DNA of 63,798 bases, filler included, from Choristocarpus tenellus KU-1152 (lineage: Eukaryota; Protista; Phaeophyceae): the NCBI GenBank assembly GCA_964200185.2. It is 14 parts of 14 records of this genome, joined end to end, with 100 filler letters (N's around TTAATTAATTAA, not from the genome) between each part and the next. Parts side by side here need not be neighbours in the genome. Positions count along the whole stretch, not along the records: positions 39,056 to 49,357 come from CAXNAD020003005.1; positions 49,458 to 52,280 come from CAXNAD020024442.1; positions 52,381 to 57,389 come from CAXNAD020012177.1; 11 more parts are not named here. The stretch is one strand, 5' to 3'. The number at the start of each line of letters is the position of its first letter. Within the stretch, counting starts at the first letter, position 1. Below the pieces are notes generated by a model. The model saw only the letters and a list, made by a program, of their open reading frames with translations. It made no database searches and was not told where the DNA came from. Shown here piece after piece: positions 39,386 to 54,504 of the stretch. A program made the translations under genes and the position numbers.

Positions 39386-41956
39386 GTTAGGGCAGCATTT
39401 TGGCGGGTTGTGCACTCAGTCACTCACATTTCCTTCTGAACCGCACACTTCTGCCGTGTATGATAGGGTTTCCCCTGAGGTGATTGGTGGCAGGAAAAGA
39501 TACTGTAAATTTTAATCTTTCTGATGGAGTAAACCCCTAGCAGTGCCCACCATTCTTGCGAAGAAGAACCGGTGTGAATCAGAGTTTACACCATTCACTG
39601 ATACTTCCTCCCCTTGCATGCCCCAGTTGGTGTATCGGCAAACATGTTGCATTCTTCATCGGCATCTTTGACATCACAAATCCATCTAGAGGAGTAAGGA
39701 AGTGAACGCCGTTCTGATGACCTCAAGTACTACCAATCAATGAGGACTTGCTGCTACCAACGGTGCTACTACCAGAGTTGCTACTACCATTGGTTGGCAA
39801 TCGCTTTGTCGAAGCCACAGGTTAGCAGCATTGGCGTTGTAGAGATCAAAACACCATGTAAGATACTAATGTTAATCCAAAGTGTTTACACGGTGTAATG
39901 TGGCAAAGCACCAGAATCTTCAAAATATAATTGTGCTGTTAGTGCTTGAGTGGTCCTGTTATATATTGGGTTATCTCTTGAAGCATTCATGATACTTTCA
40001 GGTTCTACTGGTGTGGCTATAGGTAGTTGCTGTTGTATCCCTTTATATGGCGGCACCTCAGTACATTGAGTGAAGAGCAGTGAATCAAGTGTTGAGCACT
40101 AGGAGTTTAGACTAGTTCGGGTACCTACCTGTACCTTTCAACATCTTGTCATCATAGCGATATATTGACAACAACTGTAGTGTTGACAACGTGTTAAAGG
40201 AAGCAATGTATTCTTGTATGATCACTTGATGTTTGTGTGTTCACCTCGTGACCCTATACCATTCTGTGCTGTGTGTATGACATGAACGGTATCTCCAGAT
40301 TCTTGGTTGAACACACCATTCTTTGTCGCTTGTTGGCGTCTCGGGACCACTGACCGCTTGCGGTTCCCTCTTGTTGACTTATCCAATGAACACTTTTGGG
40401 GATTGTTCAACAGTTTGTTTGAGTTTTGTCTGGAAAGGGTGGACTTGGAGTCATACTATCCTAAGGGGGGGACGATTTAAGGCCTTTTGAGAATAAATGA
40501 CTGATAAAATCTTCTGCCTGATGACATTCCCATTCCCATGCCTGAAGTGCAGCTAACTCCAATCAGGAGGTTATGACTGTAGAAGAGAAAATAAACCTTC
40601 ATCCTTGCAACCATAAAATAGTCCTCCAGGGGGCTAGGAGATTATGAATCAAAAGGCCTTCACAGAGAACCCTTCTAATTCTCAATAGCACCCCCTTAGA
40701 GGTTACCATGACTCTTAACACTCCTTGGCCATACATACTTCATTCTCTTCTTGACTCCTCCTACGCCTTGATGGGTCTCCTCACCATGCTCTATGGAGGA
40801 TTGCATGGTGCATTTACACGATGTAGATATACATGATCCGGAAGTATGTCTGTCACCAATGTACTTCAAGAAAATTCTGCAGGGAACTGGAATTCTCTCA
40901 CTTGGGCTCGTATCACCTTGGAGATGATACCCTGTTTCCAAATAGGTAGGGAAACCGAAGTCAATTCAGAAAATTCCAACTCTACCTCAACGACCCTTTG
41001 TGTGGACCCACTGATCAATTCTCTTTTTCCATAGCTGCAACAACCACATTATAGATATTTACTACTCCATATTGGAGCGGTATATATTGGCATGTATAAG
41101 CTCGGCTGTTGGCTATTACTGAAGGAATTGACATTACTTTTTCAGACCAGCTCCCTTCTACCGCCAAGCTCTGAATTTCACACCGGAGGACCCTTACCTC
41201 TACTGCAGACTTCAACCTTTGATTTATCCTCATCATGACCAGAATCCACGATAAACTTGTCGCATCCTCTGTGATGATATTCCTCTCATATTTAAGCCTC
41301 AATCCCTACTGTAGCAGGTTCCTCGCTTTGTAGTCCTATTGAGTTGATCGTCCCTAGTTCTATCCCCTGATTGATCCTCCAGAGTCATTGAGTTGAATTG
41401 TCACGAGCAGGTTATGTCCGCATTTTTTTCTGAAAGTCCTTCAGACAAATGAACTGTACACATCTTAGTAATCAGTACAACTATAGCAATATCAAGAGCA
41501 TGCTCCTGCTACTTTAAATTACCAAAGGCATTCTTCTTAGCCATGGAAATATTGACATTCAGGATTATTTTACTGCTGCTGACAAACAGAGATGTCAAAA
41601 GTTTCCTTTGGATTGAGTGCATATTTGATTCGTGTTGCCTGGCAGGCTGGTTGTTACTCTCAAGCATGTTGAAGATTTGTGAGACAATATGTGGATTTAT
41701 ATATTTGCACACCTCTATGTGAAGAAGGTATCGATGCTTCAAGTAGGGGAGAATAACATGTAAAAAAAAATAGGGATTTTGCATTAATATTTTGCACGAC
41801 TAATACATGACAAGAAAAAAACAGCTGCAAATTAATGACATGCCGCATGATTCACCAGAATCAATATCGTTGTGCGTTTAATGTAGTAGTCACAGTTTAT
41901 GAGCTGCTGCTGCAATCACTCAGCTATGAGGTCGCTTCGTCTTTCAGCTCCTCCAT

Positions 41957-44429
41957 CTAGTCATCTTCAGCGTCGCTCTCACTGTCATCGTCACCCACTG
42001 ACATCTTAGTCTTACGCCTTGCCTTCGACCTGCCTTTCCTGGCCTGCTGCTGGACTCTCTTCTCCTTTAACATATTCTCATGGTTGAATGCCTCCCTTTG
42101 GGCTTCCTGGACCAACTCCAATCGTGCAGCAACCTGAGTGGCCAGTTATTGGTTTGTGTTAGCAGAAGCAGAAATATACAGCCTTAGCACCAGTTCAAAG
42201 ATAGACTTCAAGCAGGAGGTTGACTGACTTATGCCTGATGTCAAACCTCTTATGACTCCCATGACTTGCGGTGTAAGAATTAGGTTGTATGCTCCTCTGT
42301 TTCTTAAAACAAAAAAATCCTGTCTTGTAGAGAGTTCGCCATGAAAACTCCCCATGGATAAGGTGCTGTAGTGTTGACTGGGTTTACTTCCCATGTGCCA
42401 GTCCTGGGCTATTGAGCAGTGCAACTAGCTAGGGGAAGGTCTACCCACTCAGAAAAGGGGCACACACACACTGTCTCGTTTTTTGGAATGACATTCAGAG
42501 ACAAGACAATATTGAAGCTCTATTTTTTTTACTGATACAGCAAAAAGGTGCACATTTACCTTTTACCTATATTCCAGTGTTTTGACCGAGTGGGACCTAC
42601 CTAGGGACACCTATATGGTATAGTTGCAAAAAATGGGTATCTAGTATCAGTGTTTGATCTACATGCACTCCTAGTCAGGTAATACACATGTAAAATACCA
42701 AACACATAATGAGTGAAAGTATCTTCGAGGGTACGAGTTTTTCCCTGTTTGTTCATTTGGGGCTTGGCTTCCCATGTTTTTTTTATGACATTTTCCTACT
42801 CCAAAATGTTTCGGAGTAGGTAATATGTAGGCATTATGACAAGGTGAGTCTGGAACAAGGGTATTGACACTTCCTAACAATCACGTAGACAAAATTACAT
42901 CAAAATCGCAACATTGGATTTTGGAACCCAAACGGACAAGGCTCTACCCTCCAAGATGCTTTGACTCAATTTGCAATATCACACGTCTATAGGATAGATA
43001 ATCATCACAATCATTTATCAAGCTTTTGTTGCACCTCCAGCATGATGAAGACGAGAGCAAGCCTTAAGACCAATCTATGTATGATGTTGCACTATCATTA
43101 TATTTTGTTGGCATTGTTCGATATGTCTTATCTTTCCACATCTTGTTTTCTGTGATCACTCCAGAGCAGTATAGGGTGCATGTTATAGGAAGATGGGAAG
43201 AAGTGTCTGAAATGGGAGGATGTGTGACTATGACTCGCTCTTGTGAATTGTTGGTATATGGTAGGAGATAAAAGGTCCTTATGTGATACATGCAAACAAT
43301 AAACGACCCTGAAAAGAGGAAAGGCATTAGGATAGGCACTTGCCTTTCCAGCTGCTGCAAGAGTCTTTGTGTCGACAAGGTCTTCCAAGGCAGAAATGTC
43401 AAGTTCATCAGTGACGTCCGGATCTTCACCAGAGACAAACATCACCCCCCAGGAAGACGCCTCTGTCCCGTCTGATGAGGATTCGCCGGGCTCAAAGCCT
43501 TCTGTAACAACTAGATCTGCAAGTATGACCTCAAGCTGGATGTTTCGCAGCTCTCTAGAAGCATCCTAAAGGTATTGGTGGGTAGAGTGAGGTGCCGTTG
43601 CAAACATGAGGAAGTACTCAGGCTCTGAGATGGGAGCTACAGCACCAATAATTTGGGAGTTGACTGACTTCTCTAGTTGCTAGATGAGGGGATGAAGGGG
43701 AAGACTGGGACAGAAGTTCTAGAGTACGTACAATAATAGGCTAGGGTGTGCATGTGGATGTAAGTAAAGCTGACAGCTAACTATCGCCTACAACCTTGAA
43801 GTCCTGCAGGAGAGCAGCATCAAAGTCGGGATCCTCCCTTTTGGCTTCGCGAATGGAGCATGAGATAAAGTCGTAGCAACTGAAAACTAGTTGGTCGTGC
43901 CACTGTGAAACCACCACTAAGAGAAGCATGGACTCCCTATTCTTTGCAGGAACCTGGTGTGCGAAGGAAAGGGATGGAGGCCAGTGGAACAGCAATGTTT
44001 TGGTTGGGTGATGAAAAGAGATCATGACAGCAGTACCTTCAGTTCTGTTCAGTATCATTCGCCTAATTTTCGTATGTAGCAGTTCTGTGACCTTAGCCCC
44101 AAGATTGGTGGATCCTAACATGAGCAGTTGCTGCATCAAGAGCACTGCAAAGTGAAGCATAGGGAAGGGTAATTTCAAACCTCTTACAAGTGAATTACGA
44201 TGCAAAGGGTATAGGAAATCACCATCATGAGGGTGTGGCACTTGAAGGACTCAAGTATGCTAACCTTCATTACTCGGCGGTAGATGCATGTGCCAACTGC
44301 AAGCTTTAAATCTGTCCGAACACCACCGATGGGTGCTGGAGCCATCTGTGATAGCTGTGAGACGATGGGACGCTCAAGCATCTCTCCTTCTTGGCACCTC
44401 AATGGTATCCAGTAGCACTTGTCAAGAAC
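41957..44429 (-). CDS. Hypothetical protein, 3' exons, last intron GC-AG
   Basis: Open exons 44265-44429, 43795-~43879, 43344-43565 and 41957-42133. The last three join in frame: ...LLQDFK|DASRELRNIQLEV...AAAGK|VAARLELVQEAQ...SDAEDD*. Upstream structure, possibly extending to ~45000, is uncertain. Confidence 0.55.
42711..42967 (+). mobile_element. MITE family A (257 bp), intronic
   Basis: GAGTGAAAGTATCTTCGAGGGTA...TACCCTCCAAGATGCTTTGACTC with TSD aat/aat. Confidence 0.93.
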
Positions 44430-45588
44430 CTGAGTTTTGTTGGATTTTTTTGGAGAAACAAGTAGCTGTATGTGTGTAGAAAAATGGTAGCGTGTTCACC
44501 GATGAACACTTGAACTACACTGAAGTATGAAGTATGAATATTCAGTAGCATGTTGTAGAGAGTTTGTATTGATCCTTTTAATGGGAAAAAACTTCAAGGC
44601 AAGCCAGTGGGAAATATGACCCTCACCGCTCTCGCCACTGCTGACCATGCTTCTTCTGATGTGTGAAGGGAATCTTCATTAATTGCCCCCACCTTGGTTC
44701 CCATGTCTGAATCTAGCTGGTTATTCAACGTAGACATATCCTCCAGGGACTGAATGCTGTTTTGAGTGGTGACGGCTTCAGGTGGGTCATACTTGGATGA
44801 ATGCTCTTGTGCTCTCTGCAACAGCCCCGTTCCATGGGTAACAAGCCCAAGGTCATTGAGGGCCAGGCAAAGAGTGAAAGTGGTGCCAGAAGCCACGACA
44901 CCAATGGGAGGAAGGACAAAACCTTTGGGAACATACCTGCGATGATAGCATCAAGAAAGTGGGAGGTCGGAAGTGGGGCGTGAGGGTAGGGAACACTGTA
45001 CAGCAGTAAACCTCAGAGGAGCTAGCAAGGCCCAAATCATGGTGGCTGAACTATTTCTCAACTAGTTCTACAGTTGGAATTGTTTTGGGAGGAATTAGTG
45101 ATGCATGCTGAATAGCTTCGCGTAAGAAGCTGCTGGTGGGTTACACAGTGAACATACACTGGTTAATAATTACCTGCTGGTATTTGTCTTAGTCATTTAT
45201 TATCACTGATATATGTATGAATACTGACTCATTATACCACTATGTAATTACTACTTTGTATTGTAATGAACTAAAGATAAAAATACATGAAACTATGCTA
45301 TATACTTGTGTCAGCACACACAACGTAAGTATAGCACTAGGTTATTCGACAGGTGCATGTTCTGTCGGTTTACTCATAGGGACTTCTACCCCTTAATGTC
45401 AGCAACAGAATTGAGTTTGATATTTTTTTCAATAATATATATTTGTTTTGCTAATTTCTGAGTCAAAAGAGGTCAATGCCAGAGTTCTACAATATGGAAC
45501 TGTATGTTTGCTTCCTTTCAGAGAGATACATGACCAACTCCCTAGAGAAAGATCCTTAGGTTGCAGACTTCAGCAACACATTATCAGA

Positions 45589-46095
45589 GGGTCGAAGTAT
45601 CTTAGAGGGTAGAGCCGTGTCCGTTTGGGGGCCAGAATCCAATGCTGCGATTTTGATGTAGTTTCGGCTATTGTTTTTATTAGGAAGTGTCAATATCCCT
45701 GTTCCAGACACACCTTTTCATAACGTACACGTTTTACCTACTCTGAAACATTGTAATAAAGAACCCGTGGGAAGTCAAGAGTGAAAGTACCTTAGAGGGT
45801 ACAGGGTTTGCCCTGTTTGTCTATTTGGGGCATGGCTTCCCATATTCTTTTTTATGACATTTTCCTGCTCCAAAATGTTTTGGAGTAGGTAAAATGTGTA
45901 CGTTATGAAAGGATATGTCCAGAACATGGATATTGACACACTTCCTAACGAAGACGATGGCGAAAATGATATCAAAGTCGCAACATTGGATTTTGGCCCC
46001 AAATGGACGCGGCTCTACCCTCTAAGATACTTTGGCTCTCAAGCCCCAAACGGACAAATGGGGCAAAACTCGTACCTTCTAGGATGCTTTCATTC
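45589..46095 (-). mobile_element. MITE family A host copy interrupted by another A copy
   Basis: GGGTCGAAGTATCTTAGAGGGTAG...GGGAAGTCAA[insert]TCAAGCCCCAAACGGAC...AGGATGCTTTCATTC. Flanks aga/agg. Confidence 0.88.
45779..46038 (+). mobile_element. MITE family A (260 bp) nested in an opposite-orientation A copy
   Basis: Full TIRs and 4-bp TSD tcaa/tcaa, confirmed against the uninterrupted family sequence GGGAAGYCAAGCCCC. Confidence 0.94.
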
Positions 46096-46792
46096 AGGTA
46101 TATTCTGTGAGGACAACTTGATCCCTCACCAGTCAAGCGAAAATTCCCCTTCAGTCCCCATCCAGCTTGGGGAGAACATTGTGAAAATCCCATGTGTGCC
46201 GTGCACGTGATGAACACCACCGCACCACCTGCAGAGGGGCATCATTTGATGAAAGATGTTCGTTACTGGCACGATTCAATTTTGGTGGGTGAAGTGGCCT
46301 GTTTTTTTTTTTTGTATCTTCAATTTGCTTCATAGCCTCTTTTTTTTAATTTTTTATCAGCAAGCCTGCCAATGTTGCAGGTAGTAGAGAGGAACCAGTA
46401 ATGGATAATGAGAGCGCCGGAATTACCAGCTTGTAGATAAAAATAAAAATGATGTATTGTGAGGACATTCCCAGCATTGTCAGTATATCAGTATGCACTA
46501 CGTCAACATGCCCCCCAAACAAAATATTTAATTGGTGGGAAGTATCGGCAGCATTGTGTACACTCAAGGGCTTACGAAAAATAATATAAAAAAGTTAGAA
46601 GTCAGTGATTACACAACATGATCACGTCCAGATTGTTCTTCTTGCGACTCACACCTGATTCCACAACCGCATTCCCTCCTGGGCCTAATCCGGGGTGACT
46701 GTTGGAGTGTTGACACGGAATTAGTTTCTATTCCCCTCGTAGGTGGAGAGTTTTTCTCTTCTTCTTTGTTGGTCAACTTCTCGCATTCTTCC

Positions 46793-46835
46793 CCACTGTA
46801 TCTTGATCCACTGTATCTTGATCCACTGTATCTTG
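46793..46835. repeat. 15-bp tandem repeat, ~3 copies
   Basis: CCACTGTATCTTGAT x2 plus CCACTGTATCTTG; reads RYSGS repeats in ORF 46609-47076(-). Confidence 0.9.
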
Positions 46836-47167
46836 CTTCTTTTTCCCATCTTGCAGGTGAGTTCTTTTGTGATGTACTTATACCATCATCGGTTGCCATT
46901 GATTCCACATTCTGCTCTCTGGCTGAAAATAACCCAGGGTATTTTAACTGAGTTTGACCAGAGGCTAAGACATACCAGGAAAGAGACTGATGGTCTGCTG
47001 GTGCGGGCTGCTGGCATTGATACCCCCTCAAGGGGTGTGGAATCTTTCCGAAGACAGAAGGGGAAGGAATCGGCAAGGCTGGTCCACTGTCTCGACCAAG
47101 GCACCTGAGGTAAAGTCCTTTATTAGTAATTACTTCTTGAAATTAGTGTCTCGATGAAATGACCTTT

Positions 47168-47437
47168 GAGTCAATCAATGCAAGCAAGAGGCACACCCAG
47201 GTTTTGGCCGTTTTACATTTTGAGCCTGTTTTTCATGTTTTTGCAATTCACCCGTATTTCAATGGATGAAGTGCCAAGTTTGACTCGAGATTGTTGATTT
47301 CTCTATAGTTTAATGAGATTTTTCGACATTGACTTCAGAAAACTTCCTACATGAATTTGTAAAAAAAAGGTCAATTTTGCACCATTTGTCGACCTCGTTG
47401 AAATGTAACCCTGGGTACCTCTCACTTACATTGACTC
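47168..47437 (+). mobile_element. MITE family C (270 bp)
   Basis: GAGTCAAT...GAGGCACACCCAGG...CCTGGGTACCTCTCACTTACATTGACTC with TSD ttt/ttt. Confidence 0.88.
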
Positions 47438-49475
47438 TTTTGCAAGGATGAAATTCTCACAGTGGCAGCAAAAGGCCAACTATCATCGTTTATTCTTATA
47501 TATTAAATTCTTACTATCCTTTTCCATCGTTTACCATCCTCTACTATCCTCTAACCTCCTCCTCCAATCTGAGCATAAAGTACTCTCTGCACTTTACACA
47601 ATGGTTACCATAATTGGCTCCCTATGAGGATGACAAGATCAAATCTCACCTAACCACAATCATCTCTTCCTGTATGTAGTTGTCAATGCTCTCAAACGGG
47701 GCAAACTTTGCCTTTTGTCTTACAGTCTTCAAAATGTTCCTCCTGCGCTGTCCTAATGTCCACTCGTCATGCTGTGCCTTGATATTGAGGGAAACTCTTA
47801 CAGCCCCAGCACCAATGGTGGACAAAAAAAGGGCTCCTGTGCCCGGGTGATAGAAAGACAACCTATTGAGACGAAACATTGCCGTGAGTCAAGTCCAGGT
47901 GATAGTGAAGGAGAGTATTGAAAGCTAGTTATTGTGAGAGCGAGCAACAGATCAGGGGAGAGTTGAGGCTTGTGTTAGGCATTGATCACCACTTCTCTTT
48001 GAGGAAATGTGGTGGAAGTATTTGGGCTACAAGTTGTTGTACATTTTTCAATACAACATTATACAAAAAACGTGTTCAATGTGTTTGTCATGAGAAGAAG
48101 GCAAGGCTTCCATTCTTCTTCTTGGAGTAAGGTGTTTGTACACGTGAATGATCTCCTCAAGGAATAATTGAGCCACATGTCTTGATGTAAGGCCCCCCAG
48201 ATAAACCCTTAGACAACTCCCCCCCCTACAATAGTTCAAGAAATCGCTTTCTGTGCAATGTATATGCATGAAAGAGCCCCACCTGTCCAAGACACATTCT
48301 GTTCTGTGTGATAAAAATAAAAATGGGGGAAAAAATGGAAAAAAAACAACAATTTCAGCACTGCTGTGTCAGGTAGCTATCTCCATGCAAAAATTGAGTC
48401 AATCTTTCTGCTACTTAGGGCATGCTGTAACACTGTTGATTGGTGTGAAACTGAACACTCAATAGTTTATAGCATGTGCAACCTCATGCATGGTTCACAA
48501 GTGTGGAAATATTCACAAATCCCCAGATGGCTGGAAAGCAGACTGTGGCAGATGGGTTGATGTAAAAAATTCTCCAAAATTCGAACTGTGTTGGTGTAGA
48601 TTAGGCATCTTTTGAGTACCTGATATTGCCAGGTTGGTCGGGGAATTCATAAACCATGAGGGTGAGGAGTTTGCCTGATATTCGAGTTACTGTGCCCATT
48701 GTCAGACCTCGCAATCGTGTCTTGATTGCCAGCCATGCCATCAACTCAGCTTCCTTTATGGTTTCAGTCTGTTAGTTGCAAACAGAAAAGTATGTACAAA
48801 TTCAGTATGCACGGGTGTGCAGATGTGCCTAATCAAACTGAAATACACATTTTTCGCGGAGAGGGTTGCTACATTGGTGATGCAGATGAGGTGCTCCCAC
48901 TTCCTTGTCCAAGACACGAAAGATGCTAGAATACAGAAATATAATTGGGATACTTATCCAGGCTCTCGCACCTGACGCTTGGTCTCCTGATGCGCCTTCA
49001 TCATGGGATCAAACGTCTTAACCCTCTTGAGCACCTTCCTTGCCAATCTCTTGCTACTGTTTCCCTTGGTGTGGTCCTGAATTGGTCCTTGCTTTGATGA
49101 GTGACATACCCCGTCTGATGTCCACTTATCATTCCCCTTGCGAAATTGCTTTGAAATTCTGCTATCCACCGGAGTGGTAGTGTCATCACTTTTGTCTTGT
49201 TCTCGAGGAGTAACATTGTGGTTTGCACTAATCCTCAAGTACTGAGTCACCCATACAGCCTTTTCGTTTATTCCTTGTTGTCTTGGGGAGGTTTGGTGTT
49301 TGTTGCATGATCCCTTACCCCTCGCCCCCTTTGGGCTCAAAGTATCTGGGGGGGGAGNNNNNNNNNNNNNNNNNNNNNNNNNNNNNNNNNNNNNNNNNNN
49401 NTTAATTAATTAANNNNNNNNNNNNNNNNNNNNNNNNNNNNNNNNNNNNNNNNNNNNGGGAGGGAGGGGGGGGGG

Positions 49476-49516
<41 letters not shown>

Positions 49517-50505
49517 GGAGGGGCAGTGAAAGAAGCCATGAGAGGAAATAGAGAGAGTGGCTTGTGACTCAATATACAAGTAGCCACAACATGGAACAAA
49601 TGAGCTTACGCGACATCAAAATATCTTTTTACCTTGCTGATAATCACAACAGGAAAAGGGCACGGGGGGGGGGGGGGGGGGGGGGGGGAGGAAAAAAAGA
49701 AGGGGGGGAAAAGAAGGGGGGGGGTTTGGGGCAAAAAAAAAAGAAAAAAAAAAANNNNNNNNNNACTTTATTATTTTCTGACTTGCCATAAAGACAAGGG
49801 GGGAGGGGGGGGGGGGGGGGGGTGGGGGGGGTACCCTTCTTGTGCCTAAGTTCAATAGTTTTTAATGTATATTATTGTTCTCCTACGGAAAAAATAGCAG
49901 TCAGTGCCGGGAACAAAGCATTGAAATTTGCATCATAATTTATATTCCATTTAAATTCAATTCAATTTAAACCAACCCAAACGAAAACCCAAAGAGACTT
50001 GCCAACGTCCTTCTCCTACCCTAACCCTACTTACTCCACAACCCACCTTAACCTTATCCAAGCCAATCAGGTCATGTCCCCTCCCCTCATGCTCAATCCA
50101 AACCCTATTACCAATGTTACACATTACAACCACCAGGGGTTAGGGTTAGGGTTCAAGCATGTATTGCGGCACTGGTTTTCCTAACAAATATGGCATTATC
50201 ACAGAATGAAAGGGCAAGTCGACATGTCAAAGACAATGACATGAAGAATGTCCCTCCAGGTATAAGTAAAAAAAGCTTAACATGATGTCAACAGATTTCT
50301 TCTCACCAGACCCAATACCCCACAACCCCTAAACCTATATTAACATCCCTGGCAACATCTCACCAACCCTAACCCCAACTCCAATAAAGAAATAAAACAA
50401 AAAAAAACTTAACACAAACAGCAACAAAGAGGTTAATGGAATGTGAGTTCCTTAACTATAAAAGGAAGAACAAAAAATACTGATTAAACCGTCAAGAGAC
50501 CGTAC

Positions 50506-51839
<1,334 letters not shown>

Positions 51840-52674
51840 CTGCTCATTAAAAAAAAAATATATATATATATATAATGGTGAGAGGGGACTAAGAGGTGGG
51901 TAGGAAGGAGAAGAGCAGTAATGTTCAAGGGCTTATTTGCCTGCAAGGTTAGGGGTGGGGGGGGGACAGGGACATGCTCAGNNNNNNNNNNTTTAAAAAT
52001 TGATGGGGAGAGAAGGGCGGGGGGGGGGGGGGGGGGGGGGGGGGGGACAGGGACATGCTCAGTGACAAGAAAAAAAAATGCCAGGCCCTGCCTTCTTTTA
52101 GCAAACCAAATGCTATTCTTTGGAGTAAGGCTATGGCACTACAAACACCAGCACTAAGCACAGCGGGGTCTTCAAGAGAGTTTACCATCACTGTTGGCAA
52201 TGGTACTCACGAACAACACCCCCCCCCCAAAAAAAAAATATAAATCAATTGCATAGAAGAAGAAAAAAGACTATCACTGCNNNNNNNNNNNNNNNNNNNN
52301 NNNNNNNNNNNNNNNNNNNNNNNNTTAATTAATTAANNNNNNNNNNNNNNNNNNNNNNNNNNNNNNNNNNNNNNNNNNNNCCCAAATGGACAGCCGCCAC
52401 CCCCTCACAGATGCTTTGAGCCTTTGTTCGTCTGGTCCGTCTTGCCCGGTGATTCTCTTCACCACCATTGCCTGAGTGAACCACGCCACCACAGAATCAC
52501 ACGATTCACATATACACACACATATATATATAACTTTTCTTTGAGATATTTGGTGCGGTTGGACTCTAGGTAATTGGCCTTTGTCTGGTTGATGTGCGTT
52601 GTTCCAGTACTTCTGTTCTCTGCAGCAATAAATATCTGCAGACACATCACATTACAAGATCATTATCGTGCTGA

Positions 52675-52853
52675 GACTCAAGTATCTGAGAGGGGGTGGC
52701 GGCTGTTCATCTGGGGCTCATTTTTCCATGTCGCAATTTTTGTGCCATTTCGTTGTATATATCGGATAGATAATGTATGTGCGCTTCTCCTGGTCAGGGC
52801 CCGAATGGACACCCTGGTGTAGAACCCCCACCCCCCCCAAGATACTTTGAGCC
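52675..52853 (-). mobile_element. MITE family B (179 bp)
   Basis: GACTCAAGTATCTGAGAGGGGG...CCCCAAGATACTTTGAGCC with TSD tga/tga. Another B right end lies at 52381-52422. Confidence 0.9.
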
Positions 52854-54504
52854 TGACTGAAGGAAAAGGACAGGTCATTGAACATTGCGACAAACACATT
52901 TTCGACAAATTCATAACTTTTTTCAACCATTCCACGCCTCCAACAAAAAATTGGGATTATCTCTACGGCATCTGAGGCCGTAAAACGGCGGCTCATGTGT
53001 AAAGGTATATATTTTTCCAGCAAAAGGCGTATTAGCCAGAATTTCATGTTGGTATTGATGCTTATTATCAGTACTGTGAATTTTTCGCTTCAGTCTGAGG
53101 GAGTCTTTTTCAACCTCCCTGCTTAAAATGTGGAAAAGGGAGTGGAGGGGTAGCATCGAGGAGAAGAAGTGATAAACACACAAGAAAAGACCAAAAGAAG
53201 AACAAAGAGAAGCAATACAGGGTAATGACTTAACAATAACGCATGTGAATGTATGTCTTGGAATAGTGTGTATAAAAGCTGGAGTATATAAGTATCTGGG
53301 GGGGGGGTGCCGGCGTCCGTTTTTCACCTTTTTTCGATTATCTCTCTTTGGTGTGATTTGGTCGTACGTGTCGGATTGGAAATGTTGGCAAAAAAAAGAA
53401 GACTGTTGGTTAGGTTCCCTTCTGTCCTTGTGTACGCAAGAGGAATGGGAATATATGCCACTATTTTTTGGGTTTGGTTAGGAGTTTCGACGTTTGCATG
53501 TATCGCATTTCGAATCTGTTCAAACAGGCTTATTGGTCTATGTATGTTGGTCGTGCAGTTAGGATGAATAATAAGAGATATGCCATTGGTTGTTTCAGGG
53601 CAGTTATTGGTTTGTTTGGTTGAATGAGTGGGATTTGGTTAGCACATAAAGAGGGCTGTCGGTTAAGGTGTGTTTTCCCAGTTAGCATGAAGAATTGAAA
53701 GAAAGACTATGGACTGTTGCGAGGTTATTTTTTTCGTTTATTTGCTTGCATGAGTCGTGTCTGGTATGTACACAAAGAGGACTGTGGGTTAGGGCCTGTT
53801 CTCCCGTTGTGTGCACGAGGAACCATAACATATATCATGTACTGTTTAAAATATAGTACTTCGTTTATTTGCTTGCATGTGTCAGAATTAGTATGTACAC
53901 AAACGTGTTTGTCGCTCAGGGTGTTAGGGTTGAAGTTGTTGGCACGAAGGAACGGAAAAGGGTCAGGTTTTGTTTTCGGGTTAGTATACTATATCTTTCA
54001 TGCAATGTGTGGACAGATTCTTGATGTGCATACGAATGGTTATTAGTCAAGGTCTATGTCGTACGTTTCTCTGGAACTATTTCAAGATATACAAGTCTGC
54101 CAATCGGTAAACTAACCCAAAACTCCGAGGTATTGTTTTGTTTCACGTAACAACGTCGGCCATGTACCCATCGCTTGCTGCAGGAATAGATAGTACATGT
54201 ACCACATGCATGATTTCCCCCACTCACAATAATTATCCCAGTTTGCAACTCGCGACAGTCTGCACCCTCCCGCCCCTTGCTAGCCCATACACTAAAAAGG
54301 CAATAGATTTCGTTGACCCATTATGTCACATCCGTGCCTTCCCTTCATGTCGTTTTAACATGATAATTGCACATACGCACTTCTTCATCGACCGCACACA
54401 GTCCGTGCACACTTGCAACTGTCATCCTCTATTTTTCAAAAATCTACCAATGAGTAAACTAAGCCAAAACTCCAAGTTTTGGGTAGCATCACATATTGAC
54501 ATCT

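Noticed and set aside
39400-41500. Decayed gag-like or other retroelement coding region on the minus strand
   Set aside because: Protein-like fragments exist (e.g. ORF 41015-41302) but show no diagnostic motif, so no call can be supported.
11522-46095. CRISPR-like array suggested by the recurring palindrome CCTACTCCAAAATGTTTTGGAGTAGG
   Set aside because: Copies are dispersed, one per MITE. They are not regularly interspaced, there are no cas genes, and the context is eukaryotic.
48460-48530. HEVAH (HExxH metalloprotease-like) motif on the minus strand
   Set aside because: It is bracketed by stops within a few codons, with no splice support or further family motifs.
49458-49860. Poly-Gly and poly-Pro ORFs
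   Set aside because: These are translations of low-quality poly-G/poly-A tracts with Ns at a contig start.
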